Positions 1-23,152 of a stretch of DNA of 64,000 bases are shown in pieces. The translations under genes were made by a program, and so were the position numbers. The stretch spans positions 3,294,954 through 3,358,953 of the forward strand of contig CM120644.1 in NCBI GenBank assembly GCA_051362555.1, written 5' to 3'. Each line of letters starts with the position of its first letter. Position 1 is the stretch's first letter. Under the pieces are notes generated by a model. That model saw only the letters and a list, made by a program, of their open reading frames with translations. It was not told where the DNA came from and ran no database searches. The DNA comes from Lingula anatina (lineage: Eukaryota; Animalia; Brachiopoda).

Positions 1-387
1 CTTATTCAGTTACTGGCCATCTTTTCACAGGTTTAGGCCAGTTGATTCTTAGACCCTGGATGTTTGAAGGGATAGTAGGCTTCAAGGGCTTTTTCTTTTG
101 GTCAATGCCCCTTAGGTCACTGACAATTATTTCTCTACTGAAGATTAGTGGTATGTAAGTGAATGTTATGATCATCCAGCTGTGCTTAACTAAAGTAGAG
201 AAAAATTTTGAATCTGATGCTGGATCTTACCTGATACAAGTAACACTCAGTGGTATTAATGGCGCTGTTGTAATTGTTATTTTATTATCAGGTAAGTCCA
301 GTACGAGGTTTGTTAAATATTTTTACATGATAACAAACTACTAGATGAATCAGAACATTCACTCACTCAAAGGCAAGTTAATTTTAC

Positions 388-12513
<12,126 letters not shown>

Positions 12514-13879
12514 TGTACAGAGATTCTAGACCTGAATGTAAATAAAAAAATAATAATTATAAAAAAATAATATGTGAGTGATCGAGCTAGTGAATGAAAG
12601 GAAGAAAGATGAATGAATAAACAATGCCTATGCGATAAATTATCACATCAAACATAAGCTATCAGAAGTCTTATTCCTTACAAGTTTTAAGACAAAATTT
12701 CTAATAAATTACATCTCATATGTCAGTATGAAGTTACTGACAACAAACCACCATATTCTGAAGATTTATTAATTAATAAAATAACATGAAGACACATGAT
12801 TTATAAATTAGTTTATTAGATTTCATAGATCTTGCAAATATACATACTACTGGTAGTACAAAAGTAATATTAATAATAAATTAATAAAATTTTATAATAT
12901 TAAAAAAAAAAAAAGAAAAAAACATGGTTCATGTTTCAAACCAATACTTATTTACTTATTAAGTAAACTGACTAGGATATTTGTCTAGAGGTGAATTTGA
13001 CCAGATCTTTGGTGTACTAGAAAAAGTTTAAACCAATCTTGGAGCTAGAATTCATCTGAATTCCCCACCCCAAGGTCTACATCTTACTGCAAATCTAGTA
13101 ACTTAAAGGAGGAATAGTACCTGAACAGATTTTCTGAAGTAATTATTGAAACAAGGTGTTTCAATGTAGCTTCAACACATGGAAGCCAGGGATTACATCA
13201 CAGACAGAAAATTAAATTACAAAATGACACTTAATATCACTTCAGAATCAATGTTAGAAAATGGAAACTCTTGGAACCATGAACAATCTGATAGATCCAC
13301 ATGACACTGCTACTGATTTTTTTAAAGTTTTCTGCAGGAGGGTCACCTTCAAGTATACTCATAATACATAAATATACAAAGGAAATTTTCCATTTACTCC
13401 ATTAATTTGGACCTCATTAGATTTTATAAAGAATTTTTGGAATTAGGTTCAGCTCCCCCCCCCCCCAAAAAAAAAAAAAAAACTACAGGCTCTTGTTTTT
13501 AAAAGCTTCCTCCTAATAAAGTATAGATGCACTAGGTATACAGACCACTCTATGCTGTAAAGAGTACTCAAAGGCAGCACTATACCAGCTTTGGCTCACC
13601 ACAGACATTAGCAATGCAAATTAATGTGGTGTCAATGCTCAGTCTAGACTGCAACTGCTGCTACACATGTGCACAATGCGTGAAACCTCATTTGTACAGT
13701 ACTGGTCTCCCTCCCAATCCCTCACCTCACCCCTCCCCCCCCCCCACCATCCCCCCAAGATAAATTTATCACTCTGACACCCAATTCATTTGGACACTCT
13801 GGAAAAACAAGTAACAAACTTTTAAAGGTGTTGGAATGTTACCTGTCCAAGGCCTATGTGATTGTGCTGCAGTCATTGG

Positions 13880-14049
13880 CTGGGGTAGCGCTAGCACTTG
13901 CCAATTTAGCCGTAAAACTGACTTAAATTGGCTAAGCAAAATAGAGTCGATTTGATTTGTTTAAGTCAAATTTAAAGCATATGGAGAAAAAAGTGATGGA
14001 AAAACATAGTGATTTGGCTAAGCAAAAAATATTGCTAGCGCTACCCCAG
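13880..14049. mobile_element. 170-bp MITE with 17-bp perfect TIR
   Basis: ctggggtagcgctagca ... tgctagcgctaccccag, with internal duplicated ttggctaagcaaaa. Confidence 0.75.
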
Positions 14050-14501
14050 TCTGGTACATAATTTCTTTGTTGCCAGGCAGTAGCATGTCAAGTAAATAAA
14101 AAGTACCATTCTTGTGCAAATAAGTAATACTTATAAATTCCTTGTATCAGCTCCTGAAGAACCGAATATCCTTATCTAGATCCTAACATCAATTTTATAT
14201 ATAAAAAAAAAGTATGCACATTCTTTTTTCTTTATTTGAAATAGCAATTTATTTATCAATTTTTCTATTGTAGAATATCTCTCCTTTCCATCAATTCTTT
14301 TTTTTTTTCTTTTTAGGCAAATCAATATCTTATGAATCAATTTTTATCAAAGATACCATTATTTTCATAAAAAACATGAAAGTTTTTCTTAGACATACAA
14401 TCATTTTTTTTTTCTTATGAGACTTTGCAATATTTTCATAAATGACAGGCAAGAATGAAATACCTCAAAGTTGGCTACTAATAATTTGTACCAAAACTTA
14501 A

Positions 14502-14831
14502 AGGGATAATAACTCTTTGCATGAGAGCTATATTTCACAATAAAAACATTAGGAACAACTCATAGAAATATAATATATTCTGTTTTACCACAAAAACGGC
14601 AGTTATAGCTAATATTCTGAAATCTGAGCTTGTCTTTAGTCCTCCATTGATGGCTATATCTTAAGAGATTATAACAAAAAAAAAAAAAATAATAATAAAG
14701 TTATTAGAAAAAAAACAGGGACTAACTTTGAATGTAAAAATGGATTCATTAACCATTGGTAAGTATGGGAAAATTGTTGTTTACTCCAGGAAAATTCATT
14801 TTTTTGGCCAAAACGAAGAGTTATTATCCCT
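14502..14831 (+). mobile_element. TTAA-flanked non-autonomous DNA transposon family C (Kolobok-like termini), copy 1
   Basis: TTAA-AGGGATAATAACTCTT...AAGAGTTATTATCCCT-TTAA, about 330 bp. Confidence 0.88.
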
Positions 14832-15449
14832 TTAACAGCCACAACTGACTCTTCAGTCTACACAAGTCTAAGCACCTATTAGTATGGTAACAGGACCAAA
14901 GCAGAAAAATTGACCATAAACTACTCAGAACTCTCCTCCCCCACCCATAGGGGCCATGATGGATACTTTGTGAGCTGTAAGCAAGCTAGGCTTTCCCCAG
15001 AGAGCCACCAGCCGTCAATTGATGTCCATAAGGATCAAAAGATGGATAGAGGGCCTACAAAATTTTTGGGTTGTTAGATGGGCTTGCTTGGGTTTAGCCT
15101 GGCGTTTCCCCAGGATTTGGGGTACAAATTAAGAGAACTGCAATTTGACACATTTGCCAAACCTTTGTGTCAAAGTGCTAGTTAAAACAGTGACTGATAT
15201 GAGCATATTTACCTCTTTTTATCTTTCTGGGGCTCACGTTAAGGAAAGTCTATGATGAGAGGTTTCACTCTCCAACAATCAAAACTTACTAGACTTTTAA
15301 ACCAATTTAAATTATAAATAGAAATTTGATAATTGAGAAAACTGCTGAATGTAAAAGTTATCTTTTGGTATTTATCAGTAAAATTTAAAAAAAAATAAAA
15401 ATAGCAATGAGGAAAAGCGATGAACAGTCCATGAGAAATCAATACTTAC

Positions 15450-15720
15450 CACAGACTTAATACAAATCAATTTGTGTGACCGGCAAGTTGTATGCTAAAT
15501 TGCTGCAACTTTCAAAACTTGTAAATGTCCAAAACTATATTCTCCACAATCCAAGAGCTCAAAAAATATATGTCTCAGTTATCAGCACATTTATATATCT
15601 TCTGGGCGGCTGCAAAAATCAGTGTCAGCAAAAAGTTTGTGCTGTGTCAGCTGCACACTGGATCTCGATTTGTTGTCTATGCACCAGGTGCTTGCCGGCG
15701 GAAGTCAAACTTGACCTCTT
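15450..15720 (-). other. ACLY: Probable non-coding first exon of ACLY
   Basis: The ATG exon has its own acceptor at 12532-12534, so a 5'UTR exon must lie upstream. A minus-strand GTAAGT donor sits at 15449-15444 next to ETS motifs, and a second candidate donor at 15863-15858. The 5' boundary is approximate. Confidence 0.5.
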
Positions 15721-16146
15721 TCCGGAAGTAATATCCCTAAGCCTCAAATACTGAGTTTAGAGTTCTATATTAAATTGAAACACAGTTTTATTATCATAAT
15801 ACGTGCATCCAAAGCCTTGTAAATGCGCAAAATTCGGTTAACGTGTCTGTCACAGTTACTTACCACAAGTTAAGCAGGTAATAAGGAAGTCACGCCACGA
15901 TCTGACGATGACCTCGGGTGATGTGGATTTGACCTTGAGATTGACCTGAAAAAATTCTATAACGTTTTAAGTTCGGAAACCAATTGGCAATATAAGTACG
16001 ATATTTTCTAATGAATTACAAATTTGTGTCAAAACTTTATTTGTTTACGAAAAAACCTCAAAAGTTTTAAAAATAAAATGTTCAAATTTGCCTTCCCGAC
16101 ATTCCGTTTTGCCGCTTCAAGTTCCCGGATTCTAACGTGAAGCAGT
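15690..16146. promoter_or_regulatory. Bidirectional ACLY/SUMO promoter with ETS, SRE, nuclear-receptor half-site and CCAAT motifs
   Basis: GGCGGAAGT 15697-15705, TTTCCGGAAGT 15719-15729, GTCACGCCAC 15889-15898 (fits SREBP consensus RTCACSCCAY), TGACCTTGA near 15930 and CCAATTGG 15980-15987. CpG is locally enriched, and the region lies between two divergently transcribed genes. Confidence 0.6.
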
Positions 16147-19100
16147 ATGTCTGAGGTAACGAAAGAGAAATCTATCTATCCTGATTTGTAAATTACACAC
16201 TATTAAATCAACGTTTTCGATTATTCTTCATGGTGTAAAACTGGGTTTTGTCATTTTAAAATGTGTGTATCATGTCTTATTCAGGAGCAGCAGTTACAAA
16301 ACAAGAGTGGCGACAGCCCCGGAGAAGGAGCCGGTGACAACAAAGACAAAGAAAAGGAATACATCAAGCTCAAAGTAGTGGGCCAGGTAGTTATTAAACG
16401 GCGCAAAGTGACCAATTGATTTAAGATGTACTAACATTGTAATTTGTGTATTTTAAAATACGAACATTTACGTGCGAATATTACACACGCCAACGCCATG
16501 GTATTGACCCATTTCCAGAACCATCTTATTTTGACCTCTTTCCTGGGACATGGTTAGGAAATTTGCGTAGAGGTTTTCACCACTCCAGAAACCTCTTATT
16601 CAAAAACTCCCATCATTTCCATGCCATTTATAAAGCCTAGCCACGAATTACATTAACATAAGTTTGCTTCAGTGGTGAGAATTTACCCCTTCACCAACTG
16701 TACCTCGGTCCACTCCTGCACACATCATACTATGATATGGTATACAGCGCAAAACATTAGAAGTTACAACTGTGGGCATGAGTCAACAAAGGAAACAATC
16801 ATTCCAAAGACAATAGGGTGATGTTAAAGCAAAATATATAATATTCTATCTAATATATTGCTAGGTAATTGTATTGATGACAAAACTTTACAAATTGTTG
16901 CGATTCATTTATGAATTTTCAGGCTGACCGCCATATTGGAAGCTGGAGAAGGGTCTTTACTAGCAAATAGTGAAAGCTCTTCTGTCTTTCCAATATGGCG
17001 GACAACCCGGTTATATATATAAACTGCAAGTTGAAACAATTTGTAAAGTTTGGTTACCAGTGTCAATTACAAAGCATTATATTTCACTTTTATTTCACTG
17101 TATTTCCTTGCAAATGAATGTTTCCTGATTTTACTCACATACAAAGCCATGTTTGCAGGGTACTTTGCTGTATTATGCATTACAGTATGACTCCTCTTGA
17201 GCAGACACCAAAAACATATAAAGAATGAAAGAATGTACGAAAAGGATGAGTGACTTTCCCTTATTACTTATAAATATGGTAAGATCTAGTAGCAGTTGGG
17301 TGATATGTGGGTCTATGCACAGAAATCTAAGCACACTGCTGGGGGGTGTCTGACCAAACAGCACACCAGAGGGGGTGTTAGGTTGTCACACCTATCACAA
17401 CCTCATTCCCTGATGAAGTCTGACTGCAAGCAGATGAAATTTTGGCTGGTAAGACCAGACAATTATAAGTAGCTATAGACAAAAGAATCTTCACAAGTCT
17501 ATTACAATAACATAGCCAATGAAACTGTTCTACACTAAGCACACTGCTGCTTGGTAATAAGGCAGTTGTGTGCCTGTCATTAGCAGCTTATACTGGTAGA
17601 TCTCTGTAGAAGATGGAGAGGTGTTAAACTCAATTTATTGTAACAAACTGTAGAGACCCCTGTTGGAGAATTGTAAGGTGTGAATTTGATACAATTTTGC
17701 CGAGCACTGGAACAAATTAAGAGTTTTAACTGGTAATTTCACCCTAATTATTTTGGATTTTAAATTGGAGCACATATGGTAAGGTTCCATCATAAAAAAT
17801 CCTTTCTGTGACAATATTGAGTGAGTTGCTATGCCGTTGGCTATGCCGTTAAGTGTTGGCTGAATTCCAAATCACCATTTTTCCTAAATGTTGTTTTAAC
17901 TTGACTGACACCTGGTTTCTTTTTGATGGCCAGTTGTGTTATAATATACCTAGAAAATTAAGAATTTGAGTTTATAAACTGTAGTATTAATGTATATACT
18001 TTGAATAATGTATTTGATATGATACATTGAATACACGGGTGACTATAAAAATATGCCCTCAGGTTGATTTATTACCACTGGCAGTAGCTTCAAGCTAAGT
18101 CAAGTGGTCATGCTTGTTAATTTGGTAGGGTGAATGTTCAGATTAATATTTTTATTACAAGATTAAAAACCTTGCATGATGAAAAATTTACATTTACAGA
18201 GCATCCTACATGAAGTTACAACAGTTGAGGCTTATTATATACTAGAATCCAGTTTTAGGATTAAAGCCAAAATGTTATTGAAAGCATTTAAGACTTTCAT
18301 CTTGTCACCATTAATTTTGATGAACAAAGTCAAAAAGAAACTGAGCAGATCTATTGGACTCTTGTCTATACAAATGGAAAGAATGATTACCCTTTTCTTT
18401 CTACTAATTTTTGCACCCAGAATTACTGTGACAGATTTTTCACAAACCAGCTGGGAAACCTCCAAGTGACCCTGGCACATTATAATGTAGATGGAATCCA
18501 TAAATTAACATTTAAAACATTTAAATTGATTGCAGGTTTTTCCTGTAATAGAACAGTATGAGACATTTGTTTAAGCCAAATCATTTATTTAACAGATAAA
18601 TTCTTTCTTGATAAAAGAAAAATGGCAATTATATAACAGGGAGGGAAATGGGCAGTCGCCAGTCGCCAAATGCGACCGCTAAAACGAATTGGCGAGTGCC
18701 AAACTCAGTAACTGGTCCAAACGGGCGACTGCTCTGTACGCAGCAGCAACATGAGAAATATACGGGATTTATACTTGTCCTTAGATATTTTTCCTTTTTT
18801 AAAAAAAATCCGCTCCCAATTTCAGTGTATGAAATGGCCGCCTGCCCGCCAGCCCGAGGCTGGTAACTTTCAGGCCGGGCGGGTGAGATTTGCAAATTAC
18901 CTGCCCGACGGGCTGGCTAATTTACAGCCTATTTTCACCTTTTATTTTGTCTATGTTCACAAGCGATTTCAGCAAAATAAACTCATTGTTTTCACCCACT
19001 TTCATAGAAGCAAAGAACTAACCATAGCTTGCAATCGAACGCTCGTATCGAAATGTAACCAACAGTCTCCCTCTCAGTGGCCTCGTTTTCGAAGTTCCGT

Positions 19101-22100
19101 CTGTGTGATATGAAGTTGAAAGACAATTTGAAACGAGGCACATTGTTCTTAACCAGCTTCAGTGCACAGCAGATAACGTTACGTCATTGTTTTGTGTAGA
19201 GGAGATACCGCGAGTAGCAATTTGTAGGTTGAGAGTAATAAAAATGTGAAAGTATAAAAAGTTATGATATTGATTAAATAGACGTATAGGTACATGAAGT
19301 GCTTATAATCAACAGTAATAAAGGCAACGGAGGCAAATTAAAGGAGAATTTTACAAAAATTTGAATCCCCAAATTATGAGTGAACGTGCGAGTTTACGCC
19401 GTGCGTCAGATGTAGTTCTTTTCCCACGTGCTTTCATCTTGGGCTGTCAAAAATGAAAAAAATTCTATCAAGTCCGATAGAGAAGTTCACAAAAGAAAAA
19501 CAGTTGAGGAAAGAAATAAAAATAACAAAGATTACGACAGAACCAAACGAAAGAGAACAAATTGGGGACATGGAAATTAAGGTGACTTCAATTTGCAATT
19601 AGTCGAGCGGCAACATTTTTTGTAAAACCGTAACTCGAAAGTATCACGCATTGCGACCGAACGCAAGCATCTCGATCCAATAACTCGCCCATGCTCGCCC
19701 CATATAATATATTGTAGCCTCTATGTGATATATATATAGCTATTCTCAATAAGCAATGCTTTCGAGATACGGGGCCTTGCAGGACGGTCTATGGGCGATT
19801 AGCGCGCAGGACCGTTCCCGACCGCTTTTTAAAGCTTAAAAGCGATATTCAAAGGGTCCCTCATGCTGAATTCTTTCTTCTTTATTGTCAGCACAGAGAT
19901 CGATTTATTTGACAACAATATATATATTTGGTCATACTTGTTGCTATACAGAAAAGCAAAAATTATGATCAAATGATGTCACGAAATCGGAATAAAAGTT
20001 ATAAATAAATTATTGAAGAAGAAATGAGGCAGCCTGCAAGGTGAACATAAACTGAATTGACTACCCCCGCCCGCTAAAGGGCCCTGAAAAATTTTGGTAT
20101 TTTAGATGGTGAATGGTGCCATTTGGTATGGTTTAGAACTATGATTAAACTAGTGAAAGTCTTACTTCGAGAGGTGAGGTTTTTTTTGCAGAAATTAAAA
20201 GGGGGGCGTCAGGACCCCCCTGACCCCCCTCTAATTCCAACACTGACAAGGTATCATTCAGTAGAAATTCCAACCAATTTCTAAATTTCCATGCATAAGG
20301 CATGATATTGCCCTTTCATTTCCAAATTACTCTCCCAAGAATGCATTCTAGACCCCCTCAGCATAGGCCTACCTCTCTTAACTCTAGGGGTTATCATAAC
20401 TAGGGCAGGTAACTACATGACCGGGCTGGTAACTTTTCAGAGTTACCTGCCCGGCGGTCTGGCTAGTAATTTCCTTGAATTTCATACACTGCCAATTTTG
20501 TCTGCATCGAAGATTACGCGAGTTTCAGATGTGTTGACCTATTTTAATGATGCTTACGTCAGACGTTATTTGCATGCAACCTGACCTCTTGCATCAGTCT
20601 GTCAATTTTAACCAATCAGATTTTACCACAGCATTCGAGCCGTATGAAGTAGCAGAGCCTCGAGGATTGAAAAGCTACGTATGCAACAAACATTTTCGGT
20701 AAAAATACTAATTTACTTGAGTGCTGTTTTGTAGTTTTGAAGGGTAAATATAATTCTTTAAATGGTTTCTGGTCTTTTTCGATGTCAATAGTTTATAGTT
20801 ACATTCAAGATTTTACAAGAAACAATACTTTTGCCTTTGGGGCCGTTAGCATGCTGCCCAAATATTTTCTTGTTGGAAATTAAATCAAAACTACATTTAG
20901 TGTGTGAATTGAATTAGTTCAACTTATCTTACAATTTTTTAGCGATGTGGAGGTTTTTGCTTGGTGTGGCAAAGCCACCAGAGCCTCTAAAACGAAAAAA
21001 CACCGACAAATGACGAAAGCGAACAACCTAGCACGAAATGTAAAAAAAAGAGAGAGCGCGGGTACCTTCCTTTATAACAGCTACGGATTTTTGAGGAAAA
21101 TAAAAAGGCGAGGATTTTTTGCTCCGTTTTATGGTTATATTTCAACTTTTGGGACTTTAAAGTCACTTCTTATTTTGTGTTAATACAATGGGTGTTAACC
21201 CATTGTTCTAATTCCAAACCTTGTTTGGGTAAACACAGTTTAACAGAGATTAATAACATCTTTATATTTTTTAACCTAATAGTTAAAATACTTGATTCCT
21301 ATTGTGTAATGTGGTGTCATTTCCTTTATCCATAAAAGGTGGAGAGAAAAAGCTGTTTAGTTTTTAAAATGTAAATAAATGTTGATTAATTTTGGGGAGT
21401 TATTTGGTTGATTTCAATTCTTTTAAATAAGTTCAAAATAAAAACTTGAAAATTAAACTTCATTTGCTTTATTTTACTAGCACATTTTAATAATAATTAA
21501 AAAAAAATGAAGTTGCTGGATATGTCCACCCCTTTTCGATTCTTTCATAATTGGACCAGTGCTCCAAGGCCTAGGACCACTACCTCCAGAGTCAACTGGT
21601 CCATGTGGACCAGTGCTGAAAAATTCCCATTTCCCTCCCTGTATAAGAGCATCTTCAGCATTTATTTGTCACTTTTCCCTTTTTGAACAGTTCAGTGCAT
21701 GTTTTGGAATTCCATTTCAATTACTGATTTAACAAGCCATATCTTAATTATTATTATTTTTTTTAAATATTTATTTATATTTTTTACAAATGAAACCATT
21801 TTTACATCCTTGTCTCAGCATGGTTCATTTTCTTTCTCCAGGATGGCAGTGAAATCCACTTCAAGGTGAAGATGAATACACAGATGGGGAGGTTGAAGAA
21901 GTCTTACAGCGACAGACAAGTAAGGAACAGGCTTGTTATCTCATTTATAGTGTGATGTTTGTCTACTTAGAAATGATAATGTTGGGTCTGTGAAAATGTT
22001 TCAAACTTCAGGACCGTTTTAGTTCCTACTGTTTACTAAAAGATTTCTGTCCCATAATTTTTTGCCTTTGTTATAATATATATTTTTATACTTATTATTA

Positions 22101-22732
22101 TTTTTAGACATTTTTTACTATTTGATAAATTTTTCATTTTAGGGTATTCCCTTAAATTCACTACGGTTTCTTTTCGATGGAAGAAGAATAAACGATGATG
22201 AGACGCCAAAACAGGTGGGTGGCTGGATTCACAAAAACTGTTCATAATTGACTTAATTTTAATGGTCAGTTTCAAAATTCTAGTAAAACGGGTTGTTTGT
22301 TAAATTAACTAAAAAATGTCCATCGCAGTTGTATTATAAGCATTTTGTATGACATGAAAGTTGAAGTTTTATGTGGAGTACAAATTGTAAAATGAATTTG
22401 GAAAGTTTTCAATAAACAGACCCAGTTAAAGGTTTTGTTCAGTTATATCAGATGAACTATATATGCAATTCCTTTGTGATGTGTTGGAATGAGAGAAAAA
22501 AGGGGATGGCAAACATTCATATAAATGCACAGTCCAGCTCAGAGGGCGACTTAGGTGTATGTATATATATATATATATATACAGTGTTTGCCTCTTAGGA
22601 AAATAAGTTGCTGGACCAAAAGCTCAGCCACCTTGAAAATTAGCTGGCTAGAATGCCTGCTGGGTGGGAAAACTTCTCTGCCCATTCTGAAAGTTGTCTG
22701 CCCCGGGCAGACGGTCCAGCCTTAATTTCTAA

Positions 22733-22830
<98 letters not shown>

Positions 22831-23152
22831 TATTGATCAGTTTTGCCATAATGGCTTTGTATGTAACACTCCCTAGCTACTAAATCATTCCAGTTTGCTG
22901 ATCCTATGATTTATGTGGTCTGGGGACATTTTAAAATGGGCTATTTTGGAGTAAAAGCATGAAAATTGTCCAATTATGAAAATATTTTTACTTATGCATT
23001 TGTAAGTTAACTATGCTTCAATTTTTTATTTATTGTGGGATTTTTTGTGGGTTGTGGGATTTCTCAGATTGAGTTTGTTTTCATTCCAGCTTGAAATGGA
23101 TGACAGTGATTGTATAGAGGTATATCAAGAACAGACAGGTGGATTAAATTAA
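16147..23152 (+). CDS. SUMO1: Small ubiquitin-like modifier, SUMO1-type, 107 aa
   Basis: Exons 16147-16155 (MSE), 16285-16386 (..[11 protein letters not shown]), 21842-21919 ([26 protein letters not shown]), 22143-22214 ([24 protein letters not shown]), 23090-23152 ([20 protein letters not shown]). The EQTGG di-glycine end and IHFKVK are SUMO1-like. Confidence 0.95.
16770..17145. repeat. Nested imperfect inverted repeats (decayed foldback elements) in SUMO intron 2
   Basis: aaactttacaaattgtt / aacaatttgtaaagttt and ccgccatattggaa / ttccaatatggcgg, with outer arms aggaaaca.tcatt / aatgaatgtttcct. Confidence 0.65.
17342..17534 (+). mobile_element. 193-bp retro-insertion with 15-bp target-site duplication and a degenerate hammerhead-like core (possible Penelope-like element end)
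   Basis: ctaagcacactgctg at 17327-17341 and 17535-17549. Inside: CTGATGA-A-GTCTG-actgcaag-CAGAT-GAAA at 17410-17439. Confidence 0.6.
18637..21641. mobile_element. About 3-kb TIR element in SUMO intron 2 (16-bp TIR CAGGGAGGGAAATGGG, TATAA flanks)
   Basis: Perfect 16-bp inverted repeat at 18637-18652 and 21626-21641. TATAA at 18632-18636 and 21642-21646. Confidence 0.75.
18823..20491 (+). mobile_element. Nested hAT-like element with decayed transposase N-terminal fragment
   Basis: TIR CAGTGTATGAAAT / ATTTCATACACTG with ccaattt duplicated on both sides. Subterminal gcccg/ggctggt repeats are present. Internal [23 protein letters not shown] and GNIFCKT-CRTVYG fragments. Confidence 0.75.
22582..22736. 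mobile_element. Short CAGTGTT..AACACTA element inserted in a (TA)n tract
   Basis: Flanked on both sides by (TA)n. GC-rich ggctggctag/gcccc motifs resemble the subterminal repeats of the hAT-like element at 18823. Confidence 0.55.
22737..22830. repeat. (TA)n(AG)n microsatellite
   Basis: Direct inspection. Confidence 0.97.
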
